Counted from the stretch's first letter, positions 30,371 to 45,996 are shown. The stretch is 64,000 bases of DNA from the human T2T-CHM13v2.0 reference genome, Homo sapiens (GCF_009914755.1 NC_060937.1), one strand, 5' to 3'. The notes: generated by a model from the letters alone, not told the origin. Numbers and translations: made by a program.

Positions 30371-30893
30371 AACCATTTTTCCAATCTATTAAATTCAAGT
30401 GTATTAATGCTAATTTTTTATGAACTAGTTAGGTATTTTAGCTTGACTAATCAGAACTCACTGTAAAAAGATCATGACCATGAATTCAATCCCTATAAAT
30501 AATACATTTTTAAATGACACACCTCCATGTCTTTGCCTGAAACTCTTCTTTAAGCCACAAATGACCTCAGCTCCCTATTGGGTCATGATCACAAAGAGGA
30601 CCAATCAGAACTTGTAGATGGTTCAGGGTGAATTCGTCTCCAATAATGAGGCTTAAAAAAATAGCATCACCTTTGAATATGGAAGCAGAACAGTGTGGAA
30701 TTTCCTTCTGTCTTTTATGGAATGATCATAACCCCATTAGTGAGGCTTAAAGACTCCCAAGGGAAATATTGTAGAAGATGGAAAGTCTAATGAAAAGATT
30801 AGCTTCTGTCCCCTCTCCTGAGGTGCTCATCACTGTGAATAATAACTCACATTTAGGTATTCTCTTGATGCTCTCGAAGGCGCATTCACATAG

Positions 30894-31218
<325 letters not shown>

Positions 31219-33686
31219 TAGGTTTTCATGACCACACTCAGAGACAGGCTTCACAAAAGACTAGGGTGAGGCTCAGATAGAGTCTTCCCTCAGTCTGGCA
31301 GTCAATACCACTGTCATATGTCGTGTGTCATTTGTCACATGTGAGGCATCGTTCCAGGTAGTGGGAATATGGCAGTGGACAGAGAGAAATTCCTGCCGAC
31401 TTCTCAGGACCTGCATTCTGGAGAACAGGGGGCTTGCCTCAGGCTCCCCAGCAAGCCTGCACTCACCAGACCCAAGTCCTGGCATCTGACTCCCATTATG
31501 GGGCTTCTGCCACCCAGCCTCCCTGGCCTTCTTGGGAAAAATGGACAACCAATCCTATGATTGCTTCTTTGACTTACACAGTACTTTCCCATCTAAGAAG
31601 ATGTAAGAGAAAAAAACACATTTCTCTTTATGAGAATAAGCCCCCTGAGGTAGGGATTACGGATTAAAATCCTTGCAAAGTTTAAAAGTCATTTTCCATG
31701 GTGAGAAAATAAGAAAATTGAGATTTGATGACTCTCTTGCTTTGAGACTACTGTTTTAATCAATTTAATTTTGACTGTATTTGGATACAGCATGACATTT
31801 ATGTGCATTTAGAGCACTTTACAATTCCTCTGTTTTCCTATGGCTTTGGTCCCAGATCACTTGCAAACTACCAACTGTGTGTTTCTGACTGACAATTACA
31901 CACAGGGGCCACTGCAAAGACACAGAGAGGCAAGACAGATACAGACAGAGGACTCCAATCCCATGGTCACACTTTGCTATAATATTCTAAAGCAAAAATG
32001 TTTCCAGTGACTGTTAAACAAGCAACCCAGAACCAAGCAGTCTGTCGAGAACAGGGATTTATAGGTCTGCACTGAAGCTGGGCAGAGACCTGGGAAAGAG
32101 TATTAGACACGCCGACTCAGTTATGTTTTGGCCATTTTCTTCATCTGTGCTTAATTAGCACAAACTTTCTCAAAGGAGCTAAGGTTCACTAAGGCTTTTC
32201 ATCGGGGGAGGGAGGATGAAGAAACTGGTGGAGGGAAGCCTAGCAGTGAATTGTTCCAACTATATCTCTGTTCAGTGTGGCAAATACATTCTTGAGGCAG
32301 GTGCTTGAACTCACAGGCTCTTTAGAGAAACATTTAGCAGCCCCAGGAATATATTGGTTGAGAAGAAGAAGAAAGGAGGGGCAGGGAAAACACACATCAG
32401 CTGCTAGGAGGGAAAAAGCTAATCGTAGAAACTTCTCTGCCAGAGAGAGGTGCAGCTGTCAAAGCAATAAGGTAAATGAGTCTCAGACTAAAATGGATTT
32501 TGCAGTAGAACTGTGTTCTCTGATAAATAGGGGAGATTGAACTCCAGCACCATCCCGCTATTCCTTGGTAATGCCCCATTTGGGCGCTGACTGGGTGGTC
32601 TTAAGCCCACTGCCACCCTGGCTAACACCGGCCACACCAATCAAGGCCCCGCAGCTGAGACCCTCAGTGACCTGCTTCAGGGGCCTTTTTCAAACTCCGA
32701 TTCAATCATTTGTGTGGGATGCTTTTTTTGCTACTTTATTTATGGGATTACATAAATGAGCCATTAAAAATGTAAATCTTCAGAACAGTGGAATAATACA
32801 GATTTAAACAATAAGCTCGGGGCGGTACAGTACAGAAACCGCCCTGCCCCGGCACTATCACCCCATCGTGACTATGGCAACAATAGGGGGTTCAGGGAAG
32901 GACAGAGGGGAAAGAAATAAAACATCCCCGCATTGGGGCCGTCATTGGCACCAGAGAAAGATTAGGGTGTTTTTTTTAAAGGAGTATTAGAACAATAATG
33001 AAGATGTGCCATTATAACCAACAAAGGAGCTGGGGCATCCCACACAGTGCGGGTGTCAGACAATCAAGGGACCGCAGATTTGAGAAGTTTATCCCACCTC
33101 GTGGCAAAGTATTTAACCCTTTTGTGGCTTTTGCAGAAGCAAAAAAAAAAAAAGGAAAAAAAGAAAAAAGGAGAAGAGTTGGGGGTGGACTCCCTCCCAT
33201 CTCCTCATCTAGCTGTGATAGTTTTAGGGTTATATTTTTTAAAAATAATCTGTTTCTGCCTGTGAATTCTATGGGTTCTTTTCATCTGGGTTAGTAAATT
33301 AGCCTGGGAAAATGCTGCTACCTTTCTGCACTGAGCAGTCCCCGGCTGGCAGGGAACAGGGACGATATGTGGTGGCCAGGGGATCTGACGATATGGTAGC
33401 CAAGGCAGGGGAGGAGGAGGTGGCAAGGGGCCTGCTGGAGAGAACCTGCGGAGGAACTTCATAGGCCCCTTGAGGTCCTCCTCCTGTGCCAGGCTGGGGA
33501 TAGCTCAGACCATAAGAGCTGTGAAAGTCAGATTTGGAAGAGGAAGTCCACATTGCGGGAAGGTAGATTAGATTGGCAGAAAAAGACTGCCTGTAGTATT
33601 GATCACTAAAAGAAGTTAAGTGTTCCTGTTGGTAACATGCTAGGGGTGGGGAATGGGGCCACAAGTGGTTATAGAAATCTGCTTTA

Positions 33687-34505
<819 letters not shown>

Positions 34506-36123
34506 TAATTGTTTAAAGAGAAGGCAGAGCGTACAAAGAAGCATGCCTGTAGTATTGATCACTAAAAGAATTAATTGTTCCTGTTGGTAACAGGTTAGGC
34601 CTTCGGCCCTCCGTGAGAAAGATCTGGGAAGTTGCAGGGCCTTCCCCTAAAGCCACAGTAAGTCAGTGTCTGAACTTTCCTCCAGTTAAGTCAAGTAGGT
34701 ACCACAGGATTGCAAACTTGTGCTTAGCAGAGGAAGCCTTTGCATGAAGGAAGTCGAATATGGATCCTGACCTAACATGAGTGAAAGCAGAGCTTTTCTG
34801 TTGCATCAGACACTGGGGCTCTCCCTGCTCCCTTCCCTCAGCAAAGAGTCCTTCAAACTGTGATGGGCCCTGAGGCCCGTCTGTGGAGTCCTGTGTTGAA
34901 AATCCCTGCCCTCTGCTAAGGCCCTGCCTGCCTTGACCATGACCATGCAGCCCTGCTACCTAACAGTTCATTGCATTGGTGAGGATACCAAGGCATATGC
35001 AGCATGGTGGGGATTCGCCATACCTGGTGAGCAGCCTGCAGCCCATTCCAGGAGCTCTTCAGGAGAGACAGCTGGGACGTGGGAGTGAGGGTGGCCCCAG
35101 AAAGAACAGACTTGAATGTGAGCCCAGGTGAGACTCTCCCACCCTTGATGCCCAGCCCCCTTGTCTACAGGTAGTGCAATGACCTTTTGCACACTGTTTC
35201 CTCTTACAGTGACCTCATGAGTACCCACAGCCTGGGAAGTCCAGGTGAGTTGGGTTACAAACACAGCTGCCTCTGCTCAGTGGAGATCCAGCAGGTCTGC
35301 GCCTGTGTGTCCCGGTCTTGAGATGGTCTTTCTCCTGGGGCTGCTTGTCTTATTGCCTCTCTGGCTATACCCCCAGCCCCACAGATAACTTTTCCATCAC
35401 CTTCTTTCATTTGCTTCTCCCCCCACCATGTTCCTGGAAACGTCTAGCTCCTAAAGAAATGGCTTTAGGCTTTACAAGGTATAATCATTTGCTTCCCACA
35501 GCTAATCTACACCAGGGAGAAAAGGCCCATTTCACAGCTCTTTTGGGAAATTGTGGGGAGAGAAAGCACAAACCAAATGAACTCCCAACTCACTGAAGGC
35601 TTCCAATCACAGAATTTTAGAACTCTAAACCCAGTAAAACTCTAAATCCTTCCCCCTTTTAACCACTATTCCTAATTTTGAGTATATTCTTCCATATTGA
35701 CCATGTAAACAAATACACCCTGTAGTCAGGGTGGTTTGTTATTCCTAGATGAAAATGGAAGCCTAATCAATGTGTACTTCTGAATTGGCTTGACTATATA
35801 GAAGGTCATCCTCACTATTACCACCACAGTCCACATTCATGAAGCGACTGCTGTGAATCTCTGCTTTGCATGCATCATCTCCTTTTAGCCTTACAACACC
35901 TCCTTGGGGTCCATGATATTATTACCTCCACTTTCCATAAGAGGAGGCTAAGAACCACATAAAACTCTAAAACTCTTAAGAGCTACGTCTTCTCTTTCTA
36001 CCCTGTGCCTCTTCCCACTTGGTGCTTAGCTCTGGGTTTGGCAGTTGTACATGCTTGGGAATGATTGTTTTCATGGCGTAGTCTATTTATTTACTTGGAT
36101 CTTCTTGAATGTCTCTCAACATT

Positions 36124-36410
36124 TCTTCTTTCTTTTTTTTAAAGAGTCAGGGTCTCACTGTCACCCAGGCTGGAGTGCAGTAGTGCAATCATTGCTCATG
36201 GTAGCCTCAAACTCCTGGGCTCAAGTCATTCTCCTGTATCAGCCCCAGAGTAACCGGAACTACAGGTATGCACCACCACACCCAGCTAATTTTTTATTTT
36301 TTGTCTAGCTATGTTGTCCAGGCTGGTCTTGAATTCCTGGCCTCAAGTGATCTGCCTGCCTCAACCTCCTAAAGTGCTGGGATTACAGACATGAGCCACC
36401 ACGCCCAGTC
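36124..36410 (-). mobile_element. AluJ
   Basis: gcctcaaactcctgggctcaag. Confidence 0.9.
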
Positions 36411-36419
36411 CATTTATTT

Positions 36420-37110
36420 CAGCAATCTGAAATTACATGAGTGATAGATGCTCACTGTCACGATTCAAACAGTGCATAGAAGTGCTAAAGTGGAATTAAT
36501 AATCTTACCCTACCCCCTTTTAATCACTATCACCAACTTGGAGCATATTCTTCCATATTTTTCTATACAAACACATACACCTGGAGATAGACTTGTTCAT
36601 TATTCTTAGATGAATGGAATCCTATCTATAATTCTGTAATTTCAGTTTTTCACTTAAACAATGTATAATATGAATATCCCTCAAGGTCGATTCATATACA
36701 AGTGTTTCCTTCATTCTTCTTAATAGCAGCAAAATATCACATAATATGAATGAACTGTAAATATCCCATTGGTAACTGACTCACATTGGATTCCCTTTTG
36801 GCTATCACAAGCCATGATGCACTCTATACATTTATTTCTGACACACATATTTCTAGAAATGGGATTTCTGTTTCAGAAGTCAGACCCATTTTAAACTTTA
36901 ATAAATATTTAACAAATATTGGCAGCTTACTTTTCAAAAAGGATATAGTAACTTATAGTCTGATCCTGTAGAGAATACTCATTCCTTCACTGCTACCAGC
37001 CCTGTATGGTATCAGTCATTTTTGATAAGCAAATGGGCAAAAACTAGAATCTTATTATTGCTTTAATTTGCATTTCTCTGATTGCTATGAGATTGAGCAC
37101 CTTTTTATTT
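36420..37110 (-). mobile_element. Old L1 (L1ME) 3' fragment
   Basis: attattgctttaatttgcatttctctgattgctatgagattgagcac. Confidence 0.6.
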
Positions 37111-37304
37111 TGGGATCTCTGGTCCCTGCCTGCCACCTGTGACCGCCAGGTTCCCACGAGTGTGTAAAGGCTGTGATCTGTGGGTCAAGCTCAGAACAGG
37201 AACCTAGGAACATCTAAGAATCATCCGCGAATATGAAAACGAATTTGGAGCATTTCCCTCCTTATGGCCCTCCAGGAGGAAGAGGTTATGACTGTCTGGT
37301 AGAC

Positions 37305-37490
37305 GGGGTTCTCAACATTTGCTATATGTTGGAATCATCTGCAGAGGATTAAAAAATATTGTGTCCTGGGCCCAGCTTCTGGAGCTTCTGATTTCATTGG
37401 CCTAGAGTGCAACTGAGTATCAGGAGTTGGTGGAGACTCTGCCAGGTGATGTTTATGTGCTTCCAGAGTTGAAAATCACTGTTCTCAACA
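37305..37490. mobile_element. MER5-like hAT MITE
   Basis: ggttctcaac...gaatcatctg...tctgatttcattggcctagagtg...agagttgaaaatcactg. Confidence 0.65.
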
Positions 37491-39009
37491 TAATGTAGAT
37501 GAGTAAGAATTTTCAAAATGTATAGAATCTTCTGATCTTATATGTCACAGCCACTGACCTGTCAGAGTATAGGACAGTTGGGAACAGAAGAGCAAAGGAC
37601 TAGAGAAAGTTTGAAGAGTAGGGAAAACCATGTATTTTTCTGATTCCAGCAGGAAATGGAGAGATATTAGACAATACCTTTCTATTATAGCAGGTGGCAC
37701 TAGAAATACGTGGGTGCACATCTGTTATGTCCACAGACAATCTCACTGGGGATAAGAGGTGGCCGTGTGGCTGCTGGAAGGATCCCAGCGAGTTTGCAAC
37801 AGTGGTTGTTGCCAGATGCACACACTCATCCATTCAACAACTAGTTTTTGAGTGACCACTGTCTTCTTGTCATTTGCTCAGCCCTGGCTACACAGCAGAG
37901 AATAGGCCAGGCAGCGTTCCCTCACCAAGCTTACCTTCTAGTGAGAGAAATGGAGATTACACAAGTAATGACCCAAGCTGTTATTTAAGTTACAATGCCC
38001 ATAAGCGCTATGAAAGGAAGTGTGAAAATTGATTACAGAGTCCATTTCTACACTTCTTCGAGCTCCTGTCTAGCCCTCCATCCCATAATCTCAACCCATC
38101 CTGAGCACAGAATAGGACTAGTTAAGTGGCATTGAATTCACAGAGTCAAATTCTTGTTAGTTGAAGTGAATTTACAAATGAGAATTAGGCTCAAATAGGT
38201 GGATCCCTTATTGCTTCCCCAGTGCTCAAGCTGGGATAGAGGGCTTTTGGTGCCACGATATGAAGACTGTGTAGAAGTGATATCGTCTGCTAGAGTCCTG
38301 CAGAGTAGGGCTGATATAGCTGGGCTAACCAAGTGAACTTAAACTAACAAAACAACACATTCACAAGTTGGGAATAATATTACTTATGGCCGCTATATAC
38401 TTACTGAGGAGGTTCTGAGTAGAGAAATGTAGGGTGTGGGTGGGGGTGGAAAGGTGGGGGCATGGGAGGATAGGATCTATGAGAGAGGGAAGCACTAACT
38501 GAGAGGCAAGTCTGCATCAGGAAAAAGAAAAACACTCCAGCTCCACACTGTGAGCTGGTCTTCCCTCTTGCCTGGCTGCCGGCCTTGGCAATATTCCCAA
38601 TGCGTTCCTGAGGCTTCGCCAGTGTGTCAGAAGTATAGTCCTTCCCAAGGCTCTTCCCTAAGGCCTCATCAGAACGAGGCCTTTATACCACAGAGGACAC
38701 ACACACCACACAGACTGGACATCTCAGAGGGCCCATGGCATGTTTTCAAATTGCGGAGAGCAAAAGAGAGGCCATAGTTAGGACTGATCATAGTTCATCC
38801 TCAATCGTGTCAATGAGTGCAGGTAAGCCAGGCTGTAGAAAAACCAAAGAGAGTTTCTACTTGGTTTGAAATGGATTTTTTTCCTTATTAGACATATAAT
38901 GGTGGATTGGGAGTCATTTAAGGGCAGAGACTGACTAATTTTTTTATTCTATTAACAAAGTAACTTGCTTCTAATAAGAATGCAGCAAATCTTTGCTTTA
39001 TGCTTTTGC

Positions 39010-39362
39010 AACTTGCTTTCAACCACCTGGAGTACTTCCTTCTTTCATTCCTGTCCTCTCTTCCTCTTCAACGATCCAAATTCCACATGGCATCCTCCTC
39101 CAGTTTTAGCTGAGTAAGGTTCTTCCTCTCCTCACTCAGGCACTCTGTCTATCTTGACCACACTCTATTCCGGCTGGTGCCCTGTCGCTGGGGCAGGTCT
39201 CATTTTGTTGTCTCCCCATGGCAGTGCCTGCTCTGGGAATCTCTGGGCTATTTTTTATCTTTTGGCCTCAGTGCCCAGCACTGTGCTACACTGAAACAGT
39301 CTTTATATTTCTGATAAGTGAATGGATAAATGAATAAATGAATGAATGAATGAATGAATAAA
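39010..39362 (+). mobile_element. L2 3' end with (TGAA)n tail
   Basis: cctcagtgcccagcactgtgc...tgaataaatgaatgaatgaatgaatgaat. Confidence 0.65.
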
Positions 39363-39599
39363 GTAATAGCTGTTATGTGTGCATAGTGAAAAACTAATTT
39401 AAGAGTCCCATTGGTTCTTAAGCAAATAAGTTGTTGGAAAGTTTACTTTTATTAGTGTTACCCATCCCATTTTGGCATCATATGAATTTTGAATACATTA
39501 ATAGATAAAATTACCAGAATAATGCAAAATAACTTGCACTTTATGATACTTACCTTGTGCCAAACTCATTTCTAAGCACTTAAGATATAGAATAGTTTC

Positions 39600-39967
<368 letters not shown>

Positions 39968-40003
<36 letters not shown>
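39968..40003. repeat. (CA)n microsatellite
   Basis: Perfect CA run. Confidence 0.98.
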
Positions 40004-40006
<3 letters not shown>

Positions 40007-40624
40007 TCTCTGATGAGTGGAATCTTCATCATTCATTGTTGCTTAGCTATATAATATACCTTATCCATTTCTTACACAAATCGAAACCATTATGTGAATT
40101 TAGGAACATAAATTTGCTTTCCTAAAATTATAGCTTGTGTTGCTATCATCATTTTTCTATAAAATAGATAACTTCAAAAGAGTGAGAAAACAAATGCCAT
40201 GGATCCCAGAGAAAGATCATTTCCATTGCAATTGGTCCTACTAATGCTGCTTTTCAACCCTGTTTTCTACAAACTGGGGCTACGAAGGGAGGCTAGAATA
40301 ACTTGTCCTAACTTTGTGACTCAAGACAAATGTTTTAATTTTATAAGCATGTTTTTACATGTTGAGAGAAACTGAAATTTACAGATTATGAAAATCATCC
40401 TTTTAGGTCCTTTTTATTTTCAGGTTAGGGGAGTATGTTGAAGGGACATTGAATTCATAGGGTGAAATTCATGTTAGCTGAAGTAAATTTACAAATTGAG
40501 AATTAGGTGCAAATAGTTTAATTTCCTGTTACTTCTCTAATTCTCAAGCTGGGATAGAAGGCTTTTAGAGATATGATATAAAAAAGTGTGTAGAAGGGTA
40601 TCTTCTGCCAGAGTTTGGGGAATC

Positions 40625-40712
40625 TGATGATGATGATGGAGATGATGGTAAGGAGGAGGAGGAGGACGATGACCAAGGAGGAGGAGAGGGAGGAGCAGGA
40701 GCAGGAGGAAAA
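40625..40712. repeat. Compound (GAT)n/(GGA)n/(GGAGCA)n simple repeat
   Basis: tgatgatgatgatggagatgatggtaaggaggaggaggagg...ggagcaggagcaggagg. Confidence 0.85.
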
Positions 40713-43700
40713 GCACCATCAATGCATCAATGGTGCTGCTCCTTCATAGGGATGTTAGTCATGCGTCCCCACTGCACTGCATCTATGGGTTAACGTGGTG
40801 ACTAAACGTCAATTTTTTAAGTACTCTCAATATTGTAAAACTGCAGCGTATCCTGAAAGGCCTGCCATTTTGTCTTTTGTCCCGAATCAGGCATCTTCAC
40901 CTGGGCAATGCCCTGCAGTCTTGTTCACCTTTCTGGGCCCTGGCACTTGGCAGGCAAAACAAGAACGCAGAGCTGTCATTTTAAATACTTTAGCAGGAGG
41001 GTTCTGCCCAGAATTTCACTGCTGCTTTCCCAGTGAGCGGCTTGGATTGATGCTTTTTGTTGTTTATCCAAAAAAAAAAAAAAAAATGAATCAACAAAAC
41101 CCGGCGACAACATTGCCTCTTCTTGTGTTCTCTCACTATTTTGAGGTAATCAGCATGTTTAAAGTTAACATCAATTCGTCTTCTATATTTTGCCTTCTTA
41201 AGAAAAAAGAACTAAAGCCTACTAACTAGTTTAAAAGAGATGACACAAACAAAGCAGGCTTTTTCCTCCTCATGAACTGTGTATATAATTACTTGAATAA
41301 TGTTGAATTTCACCCATATGCCGGGGAAGGGAAAAAAACAGCAAAAATAACTACTGTGAATTCAAACCGCAAATGAATGGAACTGGCCTCATTCATAAAT
41401 GTCATATGAAGCTTTGGTTTAAAAGGCAAGTCTGTCATTCCAGGGACAGCAGCTGTTGTTATGTTGAACAAAATGGATACAAATGGGTATTATTTTAAAG
41501 TGAAATGCTTAATTTCAGGCCTAACAAGCACACTGTCCTCTGTGTAGCCCCGTGTCACACAAGCCATGATCTCCAGTAGAGGGCTTGATTGCACAGGAAA
41601 TCAAGCTCCCGGGCTGTGGCTGACCGGACCAGCGAACACACTGGCAATGTTTGAGTTACTATGGCAATCACAAAATAGGAAGGCCTTTTCTTCTTTTCCC
41701 CATCTCTGCATGCAGCCGCAGCCTGCTCCTGAATAGGCCACATCTGCAAAAAGTTTTAACACGGTACTCAGATAAAGAAAAGGATCCCAAAAATGGGCAC
41801 TGACCCGTCTCAAAAAATGTTGCAAATTTTACATACAAGAATTGGGGAGCTGGGCCACTTTGCACAGGTTATGTCATAATGCAAACACAAAGGGATAAAA
41901 GCGCATGGAGGCTTTGGCTGTCAGATATTGAGAGGAGGGAATGGCAGAAGTAAATGACAGCTTAAATGCAGATGTAAGGAGAAAAGTCAAAGATGGGTGA
42001 CAGAAAGTTACTGGTCAATGAATAAGGGAGAAATTTCAGACACACACACAAAAAACAGACAAAAGGGTAAAATACAATAAAATCTATCTATAGAGATTTA
42101 CTGAGAAAACCCCCCAAAGCATATTTAGCAAATCTTAGAACTATGAAACCCTGTGAAACCAACACATGGCTCTTTAGACAGGGCCTTTGTGGACTTTCTG
42201 TGTCCCACCACTGTTTCCTCGCAACTTACGGACGGGAGAGGATGTTTTCAAACAATGGAGGAGCCTCCCCGGGAACTCATATTTTAGACACAGCTTGGAA
42301 AAAATGGATGTTTGCTGATGAAAAAAATATATGTAAAGACAGGTAGAGATGACCCTTGGAGACAGGCCTTTCCTGGAATGGAGACACTGGCTCGCAGCAA
42401 TTCATAAGGAGTTATTTGGGGCTGACACCCCTTCCCCCACCCTATTCTCTTGCCCCCACATTTCTTTAAAATGTGTTACTTAGTCAGATTTTGTTTGTTT
42501 CCTCCTCTCTCCCAAGTCGGAAGGTGATTCAGCAGATTTCTGGAATGGAGCTGCCTGCCCATGCTCTTGGCATCTTTAGGTTGCAGAAGGACAGGCCTCC
42601 TTCCCGCTCTGTTCCACCCCTCACCCCCTCCACTGAGCCAAGGGCCGAGTGACCAGGCATCTGTCTTGAAAAACCCAAGTGTCAAGAAGAAGCAAAAATA
42701 CTGAAATTAATCTTCACTGCTTTTAACTTAAAGAGCTATTCACGGCGTGAAAGCAGTTGGAAAAGACTTGGGTGGGTAGTGAACTGAGAAGTCACCATTT
42801 GCAAGAGTTGAAACTCAGAGGGAAGAATACTTTTAAGTAGCATGAACTCGCCACAAAAAGTCGCAGTGCTCAAAGGCGTCCAGAGTCCAGTAAAACTGAC
42901 ACTACATTTCACATTCATTGACTCTTGTTCTTTTGGGGGAGTTTTCGTATGAAGAGAAAGAGACAATGGAAGACAATAGTGCTACCTTATCAAAGTTCAT
43001 TCATGCAGCTATTTCAAATACTTTTAACTGCTTGTCAATAGGTCTCGCAAGTCCCTGAGATTCTAAACGTTCTGTCACGTTTGTGTACTAACCACTTAAA
43101 GTTCTGCTGAAGCTTTGTGCCCCGGACTGCCTCCCCTTTATGTGGGTCAAAATGCAAGGCAAAGCCATTGTGTTAACCGGCCTCCATTAAATTCATTGAT
43201 TTGACCTGTATTTTAAAGACCAAAAGTCAAACGGAATGGGAAGTTAAAGTTCCCATACAAAATCTTCCCGTGGGCACTTTTCGGCTTCCTTGAACTATCT
43301 GGTGTGTAGGCAAAGGACGTTTTAGGGCTGTTTGAAGTCTGGCTTGCTGCCCCACAGCATTTTTGCTTACATCGTATTTTTGGAGAAAAGTTTGGGTTTG
43401 TTCTTAATTTTATGCAAGGATGAAACAACGCTAAAGTTGAAGGAAGTCTGTTATCTTGAATTTGATTTTCTTCCCAAGGAAGTGGTTTTGCTCACCTTCT
43501 TCAGCAGCTTGACAAAGCTACAGCTGAGGCTGGTCCTGTTGCCCTAAGCTGGGCTCTCTGTCCTTGCTCAGAACTTCCTGATCGTGAATTGTCGTTTTTT
43601 CAGTCAGTATGCACCTTTGGACTTGAGGTGAGCTTAAGTTTTCTTCTGGACACATTGAGGAATGGCGGCATTTCAAAGCCCTGTCTTTTTCTCATGAGTG

Positions 43701-43781
43701 TTTTTATGGCAAAAGTAGTCACAAACAGTTCTCATTTAAAGTGTGTGAAGTGTGGGGGCAAGTAAGGAGGAGAAATTATCA

Positions 43782-44236
<455 letters not shown>

Positions 44237-44840
44237 TTACTAGATACCACAGTTCTGATGACTTTTTAAAAATAATTCTATCAACACCATCAGCCAGTCG
44301 GGGAGATGCCAGGCCTAGCGAGATGTGGTTGAGGAGCCTGAACCCAGTAGATATGAAGTGCCCGAGAAAGGCAGAATCCAGTGAACACTTTGTGACTCTA
44401 TATTGAACTGAGAAGATGCAGAAAGCCCATCGAGCAAATATATGTGTAGAACTCTAAAAACTCCAGGGACAGAGTTCTTGAAAGTCATGAATAAATATCT
44501 CTCTGCCAGGAAAGTTCATTTCTAATTGTTGCTAGCTACTATTACAATATAATAATATAGCACAATTGTTGAGGGTAAGATTGCTATACTCATTTTATAA
44601 ATGAGGAAATTGAAACTCAAAGATCAAGGAACTTCCCAAGTTCACACAGCAAATAGATAGCAGAATAGAACCTGGATCTGTGTGATCACAAAGTCCACAC
44701 ACTGAGGAGAACTTTATGTAAGTTCCTTCCAATGACCAGATCCTGAGTGATATAAAAGCACACATGAAATTAAGTATTGATATGTGCTTATTGGGGATTA
44801 CTGCTATGAGATACAAGATATTTTCCTAAGGCTATCTTTT

Positions 44841-45946
44841 TTTGTTGTTTTTTCTTTTTTTTTTTTAATTGTACTTTAAGTTCTAGGGTACATGTGCACA
44901 ATGGGCAGGTTTGTTACATAGGTATACATGTGTCATGTTGGTTTGCTGCACCCATCAACTTGTCATTTACATTAGGTATTTCTCCTAATGCTATCCCTCC
45001 CCCAGCGCCAGAAAGGCCCCGGTGTGTGATGTTCCCTCCCCTGTGTCCACGTGTTCTCATTGTTCAATTCCCACCTACGAGTGAGAACATGTGGCGTTTG
45101 GTTTTCTATCCTTGTGATAGTTTGCTGAGAATGATGATTTCCAGCTTCATCCATGTCCCTGCAAAGGACATGAATTCATCCTTTTTATGGCTGCATAGTA
45201 TTCCATGGTGTATATGTGCCACATTTTCTTAATCCAGTCTATCACTGAGGGACATTTGGGTTGGTTCCAAGTCTTTGCTGTTGTGAATAGTGCTGCAATA
45301 AACATATGTGTGCATGTGTCTTTATAGTAGCATGATTTATAATCCTTTGGGTATATACCCAGTAATGCAATTGCTGGGTCTAATGGTATTTCTAGTTCTA
45401 GATCCTTGAGGAATTGCCACACTGTCTTCCACAATGGTTGAACTAATTTATACTCCCAACAGTGTAAAAAAAGTGTTCCTATTTCTCCACATCCTCTCCA
45501 GCATCTGTCGTTTCCTGACTTTTTAATGATCACCATTCTAACTGGCGTGAGATGGTATTTCATTGTGGTTTTGATTTGCATTTCTCTGATGACCAGTGAT
45601 GGTGAGCATTTTTTCATGTGTCTGTTGGCTGCATAAATGTCTTCTTTTGAGAAGTGTCTGTTCATATCCTTTGCCCACTTTTTGATGGGGTTGTTTGTTT
45701 TTTTCTTGTAAATTTGTTTATGTTCTTTGTAGATTCTGGATACTAGCCCTTTGTCAGATGGGTAGATTGCAAAAATTTTCTCCCATTCTGTAGGTTGCCT
45801 TTTCACTCTGATGGTAGTTTCTTTTGCTCTGCAGAAGCTCTTTAGTTTAATTAGATCCCATTTGTCTATTTTGGCTTTTGTTGCCATTGCTTTTGGTGTT
45901 TTAGTCATGAAGTCCTTGCCCATGCCTATGTCCTGAATGGTATTGA
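44841..45946 (-). mobile_element. 5'-truncated primate L1 (L1PA5-7-like) 3' end with 16-bp TSD
   Basis: ORF 45147..45923 is ORF2p C-terminus ([14 protein letters not shown] zinc knuckle); TSD cctaaggctatctttt at 44825-44840 and 45947-45962. Confidence 0.95.
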
Positions 45947-45996
45947 CCTAAGGCTATCTTTTAAAATAGAATAAAAACACAGTTCTTGAGAAAGAA

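Noticed and set aside
34968-35264. PEELLEW motif in a minus-strand ORF
   Set aside because: Isolated motif with no supporting spectrin spacing or minus-strand splice sites
40537-40722. ORF with LFLLLLLLPLLLLG and PPPPP resembling a signal peptide or KASH transmembrane tail
   Set aside because: Derived from a (GGA)n/(GAT)n simple repeat; lacks the KASH luminal C..NNFARSF..L.Y..GPPPx motif
43093-43205. Frame-repaired LTQWLCLAFDPHKGEAVR resembling the dystrophin/dystrobrevin EF-hand segment (LNWLLNVYDT / LLAAFDPE)
   Set aside because: Short match needing a frameshift; dystrophin has an intron within this motif that is not mirrored here, and no WW or ZZ exon was found, so it is not used for family assignment
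45147-45923. Longest ORF in the window (258 aa)
   Set aside because: It is the C-terminus of L1 ORF2p in a 1.1-kb 5'-truncated copy without a promoter, not a gene
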